Origin: a virus
DNA length: 22,873 bases
Reading direction: 5' to 3' (one strand)
Virus genome (UHGV): UHGV-0188094
Positions 1-7,647 of this stretch are shown piece after piece; position 1 is the stretch's first letter, and the number at the start of each line of letters is the position of its first letter. A program made the position numbers and the translations under genes. The notes below the pieces were generated by a model. That model made no database searches. It saw only the letters and a list, made by a program, of their open reading frames with translations, and was not told where the DNA came from.

Positions 1-214
1 ACCTGCACTCCAATTATTGACCAGTTCCTCACCGCGCCTCCCTCTCCGGCGGCGCGAATGAACATCTTATTGGCTATCACATCCGACACAAATGTTGCCA
101 TCCCATTGCTTAATCGAATAAAAATCAGGCTACATGGGTGCTAAATCTTTAACGATAACGCCATTGAGGCTGGTCATGGCGCTCATAAATCTGGTATACT
201 TACCTTTACACATT

Positions 215-577
215 GGGGCTGATTCTGGATTCGACGGGATTTGCGAAACCCAAGGTGCATGCCGAGGGGCGGTTGGCCTCGTAAAAAGCCGCAAAAAATA
301 GTCGCAAACGACGAAAACTACGCTTTAGCAGCTTAATAACCTGCTTAGAGCCCTCTCTCCCTAGCCTCCGCTCTTAGGACGGGGATCAAGAGAGGTCAAA
401 CCCAAAAGAGATCGCGTGGAAGCCCTGCCTGGGGTTGAAGCGTTAAAACTTAATCAGGCTAGTTTGTTAGTGGCGTGTCCGTCCGCAGCTGGCAAGCGAA
501 TGTAAAGACTGACTAAGCATGTAGTACCGAGGATGTAGGAATTTCGGACGCGGGTTCAACTCCCGCCAGCTCCACCA
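215..577 (+). ncRNA. ssrA: tmRNA (SsrA), full length, 363 nt
   Basis: Starts GGGGCTGATTCTGGATTCGACGGG and ends ...CGCCAGCTCCACCA, the conserved tmRNA ends. The internal tag reading frame gcaaacgacgaaaactacgctttagcagcttaa encodes ANDENYALAA-stop, the enterobacterial SsrA degradation tag. Confidence 0.97.
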
Positions 578-581
578 AATA
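533..581. repeat. attL: 49-bp direct repeat covering the 3' end of ssrA (left copy)
   Basis: By manual alignment, 533..581 is identical to 15820..15868; identity breaks on both sides (532 g vs 15819 t; 582 a vs 15869 t). Confidence 0.85.
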
Positions 582-587
582 AATCAA

Positions 588-620
588 GGGGTTACGTGAA
601 AGCGTAGCCCCTTTTTCTTT
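588..620 (+). terminator. Rho-independent terminator following ssrA, lying in element-derived sequence
   Basis: Stem ggggttacg / cgtagcccc (one G-U pair), loop tgaaag, then TTTTTCTTT at 612..620. It starts just after the repeat ends at 581. Confidence 0.6.
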
Positions 621-700
621 GGTAGTGGCGGCAAAATGGCGACAGACTATTGCGTCCATCTTGCCTATCGCCATCTTGAAATCATGCAAAGAGGTTTCAC

Positions 701-1183
701 ATGGAAGAACTTCACTTTGTTTACATCAATGCAAATGGTCGTATCGGTGTTCACTCAATACAGAGCATCAGTTATAGCGAAAATCATATACAGGGCATTT
801 GTAAGAACACCGATCGAATAAAAACCTTCCGAAAAGACCGCATTCTTAAACAGTACGATTCACCAGAACAAGCCATTCAGGAATGCGCGTCATTCCTCCC
901 CGAAAACTACTCACATCTCACTAAGCAGTCTGGTCCGAAAAAAAATACATTCGATGTGTGTTTCACCGGATTTAAGAAAGCAGATAAAGAAAGATTGGTT
1001 GATAAGGCGAATGAACAAGGATTAACGGTAAGAGCCTCTGTAACCCAAAGCCTTCAGATGCTCTGTTGCGGTTACAATGCAGGCCCATCGAAAGTATCGG
1101 CAGCCAGGATGAAAGGCACAATCATCATAGATGAGCCTGGCTTTATACATTTTCTTGAAACGGGTGAGATCCCAGATGAATAA
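701..1183 (+). CDS. Hypothetical protein (160 aa); C-terminal half reads like a BRCT-type fold (tentative)
   Basis: ORF with RBS AGAGG about 6 nt upstream of the ATG. The C-terminal stretch FDVCFTGF...GLTVRASVTQSLQMLCCGYNAGPSKVSAARMKGTIIIDE resembles BRCT domains by eye only. Lies between attL and ogr. Confidence 0.5.
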   Translation: MEELHFVYINANGRIGVHSIQSISYSENHIQGICKNTDRIKTFRKDRILKQYDSPEQAIQECASFLPENYSHLTKQSGPKKNTFDVCFTGFKKADKERLVDKANEQGLTVRASVTQSLQMLCCGYNAGPSKVSAARMKGTIIIDEPGFIHFLETGEIPDE

Positions 1184-1211
1184 AAACCTGCCGTAGCAGG
1201 TTCTCTTTCTC
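1182..1211. terminator. Candidate bidirectional terminator between the convergent 160-aa ORF and ogr
   Basis: Hairpin aacctgc-cgta-gcaggtt (1185..1202), flanked by an A-run upstream and a T/C-rich run downstream, so it gives a U-tract on either strand. Confidence 0.5.
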
Positions 1212-1428
1212 AAAAATTCATATGCCCCTGACCACCTGGCAATGGATGTGGAGGAGCAGTAGCAATCAGTGCGGGTGTCACAATAAACCGGACCACTGTT
1301 TCATGGGTAACAAAAGTGCTCCCGCAGTTAATATTTTGGCACTGGCAGTAACGCTCTTTGGTGCTTTCAGTTACTTGAAAACTGCTCCTTGTGTGTGCCG
1401 CATGACCACATTTTGGACAATTCATCAT
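1210..1428 (-). CDS. ogr: Ogr/Delta-type zinc-finger late transcription activator (about 72 aa)
   Basis: MNCPKCGHAAHTRSS...TKERYCQCQNINCGSTFVTHETV...PHPLPGG closely parallels phage P2 Ogr (C-x2-C ... C-x4-C zinc finger, HPLP tail). Start chosen at the internal Met pair rather than the ORF-track start at 1473. Confidence 0.85.
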   Translation of the reverse strand: MMNCPKCGHAAHTRSSFQVTESTKERYCQCQNINCGSTFVTHETVVRFIVTPALIATAPPHPLPGGQGHMNF

Positions 1429-1496
1429 ATCCAGATCCCTACCTTTGCTATCAGAATCATTGTAATGATACACATAATATCAATATTGAGAACACT

Positions 1497-2597
1497 TTAT
1501 TCCATTTCAAGATCATCAATCCTCACTTCAAGCTCCAGACTGGTCGTAAAACCGTTATCCGGGCTGACGGTATGCGTCAGAGTCGTAATGGTCCATTCCG
1601 CATCATCTATCGGCTGTTTAAAACCACTGACTTTCACTGGCATTTCCGTGTAGAGATCTGCCCGACCTTCCGCCAGTTGTAGCGAGAATGACGCAACGCC
1701 GCGTTGCAGGCGTTCCCACTGCATTTTCGCTGCCCGTTCAGCGTTACTCCGATTAGCATAGGTGCGATTAAGTACCAGCACGTTTTCATCCGTACCCACC
1801 AGGTAATCGCCCTGCTTCGCTTCCGGCTCTTTCTTCTGCTTCTTAGTCCTGCGCTTACGCTTCACCGTAGTGCTTTCTTTCTTCGCGGGTTCGCGGGTAT
1901 GCAACCAGCTGGCAATTACGCCCGTGTAGGCTCCGCGATCTGCCAGGGTAAAGCGGTGGCTGTCGCCGTCCTTGCGTGTGATAGTGATCACTGGCAGAGG
2001 TTTACCGCTGGCGCTTTTGCCCTGTCCCTGCCGGATGAATAACAGATTGCCATTTTTCACCGACGCAATAGCACCGTACTGGCGCGCCAGCCGCATCAAA
2101 AAACTGCCGTCACTCTCATTGGTCTGGTCTATATGATCCACGGGCTTATCCGACAGATCTTTACCCAATGCCATCTTCAGTTTGTGCCGCGCAGCTATTT
2201 CCTTCACCACTTCCCCAACGGTGGTCTTGTGCCACGACTTTTCACGGCGGGTATTCAGCGTTTCCCGAAAATCAGCACTTCGCGCCCGGATAGTCAGTCG
2301 GTCCGGTGCGCCAGTGTGTTCAATCTCGTCCACCGTGAATGCCCCTTTCGGGAAAAGCGGCTGCCCCTTCCAGCCCAGCGCCAGCGTAATGACCGCACCA
2401 CGGCGCGGCAGCACTATTTTTCCATCGGCGTCGTCCAGCTCCAGATCAAGCTGGTCCGCTTCAAAGCCCCGGTTATCCGTCAGCGTCAGCCTCATCAGGC
2501 GGTTATCCAGCACAGTGGTGATATCCCTGCCCTCAATACTGATGCTGAATGCGGGAGTTTTGTTGCCTTTGTTAAGCAGTTCAGAGCTGAAATTCAC
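1497..2597 (-). CDS. P2 gpD-like tail protein (late gene D), 366 aa
   Basis: Full-length ORF directly upstream of ogr, as in P2 (D-ogr). GTG start overlaps the gpU stop (GTGA). The gpD identification is from recalled family resemblance plus synteny. Confidence 0.8.
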   Translation of the reverse strand: MNFSSELLNKGNKTPAFSISIEGRDITTVLDNRLMRLTLTDNRGFEADQLDLELDDADGKIVLPRRGAVITLALGWKGQPLFPKGAFTVDEIEHTGAPDRLTIRARSADFRETLNTRREKSWHKTTVGEVVKEIAARHKLKMALGKDLSDKPVDHIDQTNESDGSFLMRLARQYGAIASVKNGNLLFIRQGQGKSASGKPLPVITITRKDGDSHRFTLADRGAYTGVIASWLHTREPAKKESTTVKRKRRTKKQKKEPEAKQGDYLVGTDENVLVLNRTYANRSNAERAAKMQWERLQRGVASFSLQLAEGRADLYTEMPVKVSGFKQPIDDAEWTITTLTHTVSPDNGFTTSLELEVRIDDLEME

Positions 2598-3037
2598 GAC
2601 ATCAGCCCTCCCACCGTTTTACTGATATCGCTTAAGGCAGATGTTGCCGTTTCCTGCAGATTATTCAGTTGCGCACTGAGATCACCGAACATATCGGACA
2701 GGGATTCATCCACCCGTTTGAGCGACAGGGTGAACTCAATCCGGCGCGGCATACCGTCGCGGAAAAACTCCGTTTTAGTCTGATTCAGTCCCTCAATCAC
2801 ATACATGCCGTAAATCGTGCCGCTGCCTTCAATCAGAGGCCATGCTTTCCCCTGTTCTGCCATCTGCTCCAGTGCCAGCAACGACAGCCTGCCGCCTGTT
2901 ATCTCCGGCATAAGAACACCGGAAAGCGTCAGCATGTCGTTTTCCGGTCCCAGAAACTGCGTGGACGGACGTCGGTTTACCCGACTGTTTGCCGCATGTC
3001 GCCAGCTGCGTTGATACTGCAGTTGTCTTCCTGCCAG
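2594..3037 (-). pseudogene. P2 gpU-like tail protein, 5'-truncated by a deletion junction
   Basis: The frame reads ...QLQYQRSWRHAANSRVNRRPSTQFLGPENDMLTLSGVLMPEITGG... and continues upstream of the ATG at 2935 to a stop at 3050..3052. gpU-like sequence begins near 3025; upstream of that the sequence belongs to the gpN fragment in another frame. Confidence 0.6.
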
Positions 3038-3639
3038 TAGATGGACAGGTTATCCAGACGGGTGATCAGCAGCGCATTCGGCGGGAAGAACGGCGCACGC
3101 ACGGCCTGCAGGCCACCCATGCGTTTCTGGCTGATGATCATATCGGCAGCCAGTTTTTCACTGTTTTCCTGCTCTTTGTTGACCAGCGGGAAATACTTGT
3201 CAGACAACAGTTCACGACCGCAAATCACCACCAGACCGTCATCGTCCTGGTAAACCACGTCGATAAGCTCATTGACGGCATCCATCACCACAGCGTCCAG
3301 GTTGGCATATTCGCCACCTTTCCCGACTTTCACCGCACCCGGAGTGGTTTCACCGCCCGTGGTGGTGCTGCCCATGACGTGATCCGGTGCATCCTCACGG
3401 ATTTTCTGCAGCCAGCCTTTGTTCACATCCTGCAGCAGCGGGTTTTCGCTACGGTTGGAGGTTTTCGCACGCTTCACGCCGTTAAAGCCGATCATGATGC
3501 GGTCCAGTGCCTGACGTTTCACGATGGCGTCACGGATGCGCACCTGGAAATCCTGAAACTTCGCCCACAGATCCAGCTTCGCGTAGGTCAGCACCGTGTC
3601 AAAGTTGGTCTGCTCGCATTTATATTCCACATCGACCAT
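2977..3639 (-). pseudogene. P2 gpN-like major capsid protein fragment (internal portion only)
   Basis: Translation YKCEQTNFDTVLTYAKLDLWAKFQDFQVRIRDAIVKRQALDRIMIGFNGVKRAKTSNRSENPLLQDV...VGKGGEYANLDAVVMDA...ISQKRMGGLQAVRAPFFP...NLSIY matches the middle of P2 gpN. The N-terminal third or so is absent and the last 19 residues are read from gpU DNA in another frame. Confidence 0.7.
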
Positions 3640-3651
3640 CAGGGTCGGATC

Positions 3652-4320
3652 GGTGAAGTGATCGCCCTTGAGCCTGCGCTGGCAAAATACACCCGACGCG
3701 GATTAGACCTGGATACCTACTGGTTTGTGCAATACGGTATGACAACCCAGCCGTATCAGTTCACGAAAGGCAGCATTTTTCATCTGATGGAACCGGATAT
3801 TAATCAGGAGATCTACGGCCTGCCCGGTTATCTTTCTGCCATTCCGTCAGCCCTGCTCAACGAGTCCGCCACGCTGTTCCGTCGCAAGTATTACATTAAC
3901 GGCAGTCATGCGGGCTTTATCATGTACATGACCGATGCCGCGCAAAACCAGGAGGATGTGAACAACCTCCGCAATGCGATGAAAAGCGCCAAAGGGCCGG
4001 GCAACTTCCGCAACCTGTTTATGTACTCACCTAACGGCAAAAAGGACGGGCTTCAGATTATCCCGTTATCAGAAGTCGCAGCGAAGGATGAGTTTCTGAA
4101 TATCAAAAATGTTAGTCGCGATGACATGATGGCGGCACACCGCGTTCCGCCGCAAATGATGGGGATTATGCCTAATAATGTCGGGGGGTTTGGGGATGTG
4201 GAGAAGGCTAGTAAGGTTTTTGTGATAAATGAATTAATTCCTTTGCAAAAACGATTTAGAGAAATTAATGCATGGCTCGGGGAAAAACTTATAGAATTTT
4301 CTCCATATGAGCTTAACTAA
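3652..4320 (+). pseudogene. P2 gpQ-like portal protein, C-terminal fragment (about 222 aa) fused to the gpN fragment
   Basis: Only the last third of the 443-aa ORF-track entry 2989..4320 is real coding sequence (LEPALAKYTRRGLDLDTYWFVQYGMTTQPYQFTKG...RKYYINGSHAGF...); the rest is antisense to gpN. Opposite-strand placement next to N and next to the cos-like site fits gpQ in a reversed P2 map. Confidence 0.55.
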
Positions 4321-4328
4321 AATATTAG

Positions 4329-4358
4329 TTGCCAGTACCGTATTGTTGCTACTGGCAA
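4329..4358. terminator. Hairpin between the convergent gpQ fragment and the ATPase gene (candidate terminator)
   Basis: Perfect 9-bp arms ttgccagta / tactggcaa with a 12-nt loop, flanked by AT-rich sequence. Confidence 0.35.
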
Positions 4359-4369
4359 TTGTAATAAAA

Positions 4370-6379
4370 TTACAAATATGTGTTGCTATGTAGAGATGTG
4401 TTTATTCCATCTTTTATCTCAATTTTTGACGAAGCATACTCATCATTCGCACTATCATCTATATCAAACTCATCTTGTAGATGAAGTGACTCATTTAACG
4501 GTTTATAAAACTCACCCATCATCATTTTGTAATGGGCAGTATGCTCACTACATTCAAATATCTTCTGAAAAACAATTAAATATTTTTGCACAGACTCCGT
4601 ATCTAAATTCATATAAAGATCATCACCTGCAAAATGGGAACCATCATTAATCCATGATACTAAAGATTTAAATATGATTTTTTCATCACCATAAAAATGA
4701 CACTCAAGCTTCCTAATATCCATCCCACCTAATATCTTAAAGTAATTCTCCAAAATCCTTCGCATTGTATTTTGTATAGTATTATTATTAATGTCTGTTC
4801 TTCTCAATTCGCACCAGAGCAAATCATAAGACGTTTTTATTGGGTTTGATTCGCACTTTTCAAGATATGAAACCTTCCCTTTTTTCCTTACAATCCAAAA
4901 AGTCTCCTCTTTCATTGCTTGATTACCGGATCTTTTGGTATTAAAAGTCAACTCTTTATGAAAATAAATATTATGAGTAAGGAATATAATTTGCTTAATA
5001 TTTCCTTCATCCTTACGAACATCCTCCATTAAATCTTTAATCAACGAACTTACAATAAACAGAATATCACTATCTAAACTTGAAATTGGATCATCAAATA
5101 CTACAACACGATCATCTAAAACACCTGATGCATTATCACTCCCTCTAACAAGGCTATAAAAGTACAAAAAAGTGATAAATGTCTTTTCTCCCTCACTAAG
5201 GGTTGTACGAGCATTATCTCCACTATCTCTCACTATCATATAATGCTTTTTATCTTCGGAGGGTTTTAAGTAAAAATTTTTGAAGCCATAAGAGTCCAGA
5301 ATCTTGTTAATTTTTGTAATAGTTGGAAGAGTACTGGTTTTATTAGACTCAATTGCCTCAATAGCCGAAGTATTTAACATTAACTTCTTTTTGTCTTCTT
5401 CTATCCCAGATTTAAGTCCTTGTAACGTCCTATTAAATTTATCAGATTTGCTACGGTAAGAAGTTATTTCAGACTTTAACTCCACCTTTACGATATATGC
5501 CCATATCTGCTTAGAAAGATTACTAGCCTCTACCTTTCTATTACTATGTATTTTGTTATTATTATCTATCAATAGATTTGAATCATTCAAAAAAGAAATA
5601 AAATCATCAACAACTTCACTTAAGTCACTAAAATGAACTGATTCACTTAAAAAATTGCGTTTATTTTTTGCCAATTCAAAATTCTTGTTTAATTCAGATA
5701 ATACTATCTTAGCCTTATCCTCAAACACTTCATAATTTATGAATGGAGATTTAATCGCCCTTATATCATCTATCGCCTTCAAGATATTATTAAGTTGATA
5801 TTCATATTGTAAAACCAATGCATCGATTTCTCTTTTTTTTAACTCATATGTTTTATCAAAATATGATGAAAGATTATCAAATATATTATCATTTACATCC
5901 TGCTGGCAGAATGGGCACTTGGGATTAGATTTATTGAAATATGTTAAACCCTCCTTAACCCAATCACTGTTATTGAGCATTGTAATTAAGTCTGAAACAC
6001 TAACGTCTTTTTTCCCTAGAATACGCTCACTCCAAATTTCCCTACTCAAAATATCATCTATCCCATTGAAGGATGGAATTGTAATTGATACATGTGATGT
6101 CAATTCAGTAGAAAAAACAATTTTTGCTTTCTCAATTAACTCTGCTATTGAGCAAACTTCTGATGTATTATTTTCATACTCAGCCAACACTCTGGCTTTA
6201 AATTTTTCACTACTATTCCTTAATCCCTCAAAAGCCTTTGAGAACACATTGTCATGTTTTACTTTTTGCTTCCAACATGAATCTTTAAAAGATTTTTCAT
6301 GGTCTTCGATTTTTTTAATAACGCCTAATTCATTATCACCACCATCTATTAACTTTTCCTTTGCTATAATAGATTCCAT
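4370..6379 (-). CDS. ABC-type (PrrC/RloC-like, AAA_13-like) ATPase, C-terminal 669-aa part: CPFC motif, coiled-coil insert, LSEGEK signature, Walker B/D-loop, H-loop, and a C-terminal putative effector domain
   Basis: CPFC at aa 155-158; K/E/N-rich predicted coiled coil at about aa 175-380; TLSEGEK (aa 393-399); VVVFDDPISSLD (aa 425-436); FLTHN (aa 466-470). The C-terminal roughly 200 aa contain R540-x3-E544 followed by His 561 and His 582. Very AT-rich compared with the flanking phage genes. Confidence 0.65.
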   Translation of the reverse strand: MESIIAKEKLIDGGDNELGVIKKIEDHEKSFKDSCWKQKVKHDNVFSKAFEGLRNSSEKFKARVLAEYENNTSEVCSIAELIEKAKIVFSTELTSHVSITIPSFNGIDDILSREIWSERILGKKDVSVSDLITMLNNSDWVKEGLTYFNKSNPKCPFCQQDVNDNIFDNLSSYFDKTYELKKREIDALVLQYEYQLNNILKAIDDIRAIKSPFINYEVFEDKAKIVLSELNKNFELAKNKRNFLSESVHFSDLSEVVDDFISFLNDSNLLIDNNNKIHSNRKVEASNLSKQIWAYIVKVELKSEITSYRSKSDKFNRTLQGLKSGIEEDKKKLMLNTSAIEAIESNKTSTLPTITKINKILDSYGFKNFYLKPSEDKKHYMIVRDSGDNARTTLSEGEKTFITFLYFYSLVRGSDNASGVLDDRVVVFDDPISSLDSDILFIVSSLIKDLMEDVRKDEGNIKQIIFLTHNIYFHKELTFNTKRSGNQAMKEETFWIVRKKGKVSYLEKCESNPIKTSYDLLWCELRRTDINNNTIQNTMRRILENYFKILGGMDIRKLECHFYGDEKIIFKSLVSWINDGSHFAGDDLYMNLDTESVQKYLIVFQKIFECSEHTAHYKMMMGEFYKPLNESLHLQDEFDIDDSANDEYASSKIEIKDGINTSLHSNTYL

Positions 6380-6705
6380 TAGCTTATTTTTTCTTCTTTA
6401 AGAGATATTAGTTTCTCTTCATCCTCCTTAAGATCGCTACCAAGGGTAAATACACCTTTAATTTTATCTTGACTAAAATTTCTTTCAACAAAATCTTTAT
6501 TATATACGTAGCTTATTAAAGATATATTATTTTTCCATTTAATCGGACATGTTGGATATTGTTCAGGGTCATTAATAATTTTACTTATAGTTGTTTTACC
6601 TGCACCATTAGCTCCATATAAATAGTTAAATTTAGAAAGTCCATGTAAAAGCTGCGTAGGGCCATTATATGAGCCTACCTTGTCAATAACTACCTCTTCA
6701 ATCAT
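6379..6705 (-). CDS. N-terminal Walker-A part (108 aa) of the same ABC-type ATPase, separated from the downstream ORF by a frameshift (TAATG overlap)
   Basis: P-loop YLYGANGAGKTT at aa 28-39; RBS GAGGA upstream of the ATG at 6705. The stop TAA shares its last A with the ATG of the 669-aa ORF. One extra A in the A6 run (6387..6392 on the plus strand) would fuse the two into a single ORF of about 778 aa. Confidence 0.6.
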   Translation of the reverse strand: MIEEVVIDKVGSYNGPTQLLHGLSKFNYLYGANGAGKTTISKIINDPEQYPTCPIKWKNNISLISYVYNKDFVERNFSQDKIKGVFTLGSDLKEDEEKLISLKEEKIS

Positions 6706-6840
6706 CCTCTAATCCTCAAAAAACAGATTAATCCTATCAAATCAATGATAATAGAAGACATTACTTACCTAATTACAAGGTGATCATTTATACAGCTGTA
6801 AATAAATCAGGCTAATCATCTATTTGTCATAACGCGCGCT

Positions 6841-6859
6841 CGTATCCCCGCCACGCCTG
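6841..6859 (-). other. cos-like site (186-type cohesive-end core), inverse orientation
   Basis: The reverse complement of 6846..6857 is GGCGTGGCGGGG, which equals the first 12 nt of the 186 cohesive end as I remember it (GGCGTGGCGGGGAAAGCAT). The downstream bases diverge. Confidence 0.45.
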
Positions 6860-6901
6860 CCCGCTTTATGTAGTGGTTTTCATGCACCTGCATGATCTAC
6901 G

Positions 6902-6926
6902 CAAAAGCCCGCCAGTTCTGGCGGGC
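6902..6926 (-). terminator. Rho-independent terminator for the leftward A / tum-like / DinI-like transcript
   Basis: On the minus strand: stem GCCCGCCAG ... CTGGCGGGC followed by TTTTG (plus-strand aaaagcccgccagttctggcgggc). Confidence 0.65.
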
Positions 6927-7061
6927 CTTAGCAAAAACGATCCTCAAACGATCATGCGATCTCATGCGGCATAGACATGCACTACAGAGCTAACGCCTCG
7001 CAAGGGCTCGTTGTTCAACCTTGCTGACGCCAGAAGCAAGTTCAGACGCCAGCAACGTTTC

Positions 7062-7295
7062 TTAATGCAGCCAGCTGTCGTCTTCCCACACCTTCTGCAT
7101 AATTTTCATCACTTGTTTTCTTTCTTCGTCCAGTTGCAGTCCGGTTAGTTCCACACCGTTAGAGCTACCTTTGCGAATGCGAATTACCGTTTTGGGATAC
7201 AGGGGGCGCAGATTGCGGTAAAGCTCGGATTCAAGGGCGTCCAGGGTAGACTGGCTAATCTTCTGCTCTTTATCGATCATTATTTCAATGCGCAT
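7062..7295 (-). CDS. DinI-family protein (77 aa), as in the SOS-induced Tum/DinI modules of 186-like phages
   Basis: MRIEIMIDKEQKISQSTLDALESELYRNLRPLYPKTVIRIRKGSSNGVELTGLQLDEERKQVMKIMQKVWEDDSWLH follows the DinI pattern (MRIE..., hydrophobic core, C-terminal W and acidic tail). RBS GAGGTG lies upstream of this internal Met. Confidence 0.75.
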   Translation of the reverse strand: MRIEIMIDKEQKISQSTLDALESELYRNLRPLYPKTVIRIRKGSSNGVELTGLQLDEERKQVMKIMQKVWEDDSWLH

Positions 7296-7305
7296 AAAAG
7301 TCACC

Positions 7306-7494
7306 TCAGCTGATGACATCCATTGAGTGGTTGTATTCGTGGGTTCTGATTTTTGCCATGAGTTCATCAGTCAATTCAGAAACCCACTGTAGAGCCAGCC
7401 CCTTCTCTTCATCACTACACTCACTAGCCGCTACAAGCTTAAGAAAAAAATCAATGCGCTGGAGCTTCAAAGACTCCAAAAAATAGTCCTGCAT
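7306..7494 (-). CDS. Small hypothetical protein (62 aa) immediately downstream of a LexA box; possible Tum-like antirepressor partner
   Basis: ORF starting MQDYFLESLKLQRID... with RBS GGAGG 6 nt upstream of the ATG at 7494. Position matches the SOS-regulated right-end operon of 186. Confidence 0.5.
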   Translation of the reverse strand: MQDYFLESLKLQRIDFFLKLVAASECSDEEKGLALQWVSELTDELMAKIRTHEYNHSMDVIS

Positions 7495-7535
7495 CTTTCC
7501 TCCTATGACACCACACGCAATACTGTATGTATAAC

Positions 7536-7555
7536 CACTGTTTATATTTACAGTA
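7536..7555 (-). promoter_or_regulatory. LexA (SOS) box overlapping the promoter of the tum-like / DinI-like operon
   Basis: CTGT-N8-ACAG with an AT-only spacer (cactgtttatatttacagta), about 45 bp upstream of the 62-aa ORF start. Confidence 0.6.
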
Positions 7556-7647
7556 TATAATAATCTTACTGATGTAAAACGTTTTTTTACATTCATCAGC
7601 CTGATATGCCTGGTATTATTAAGAGCACGAATTGTTAACCCGCGTAA

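Noticed and set aside
636-821. 61-aa ORF overlapping the start of the 160-aa gene
   Set aside because: Overlaps the better-supported 701..1183 ORF in another frame and begins inside the terminator-proximal region with no RBS.
1222-2783. Plus-strand ORFs 1222..1653, 1389..1682, 1704..2042, 2133..2783 and 2182..2625
   Set aside because: All lie antisense to ogr and gpD, have low-complexity Ser/Arg-rich translations and no recognisable motifs. They are open-frame shadows of the minus-strand genes.
2989-4320. 443-aa plus-strand ORF spanning the gpN region
   Set aside because: Its first two thirds are the antisense shadow of the gpN fragment in GC-rich DNA. Only the last about 222 aa (3652..4320) look like real coding sequence (portal fragment).
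5919-6401. 160-aa plus-strand ORF inside the ATPase locus
   Set aside because: Antisense to the ATPase coding sequence in AT-rich DNA; Leu/Ser/Phe-rich low-complexity translation.
4370-6705. Reading the 108-aa and 669-aa ORFs as a genuine two-gene pair, for example a toxin-antitoxin
   Set aside because: Walker A is in one ORF and signature/Walker B/H-loop in the other, and a single-base change in an A6 tract fuses them. A frameshifted single gene is more parsimonious, though a real split cannot be excluded.
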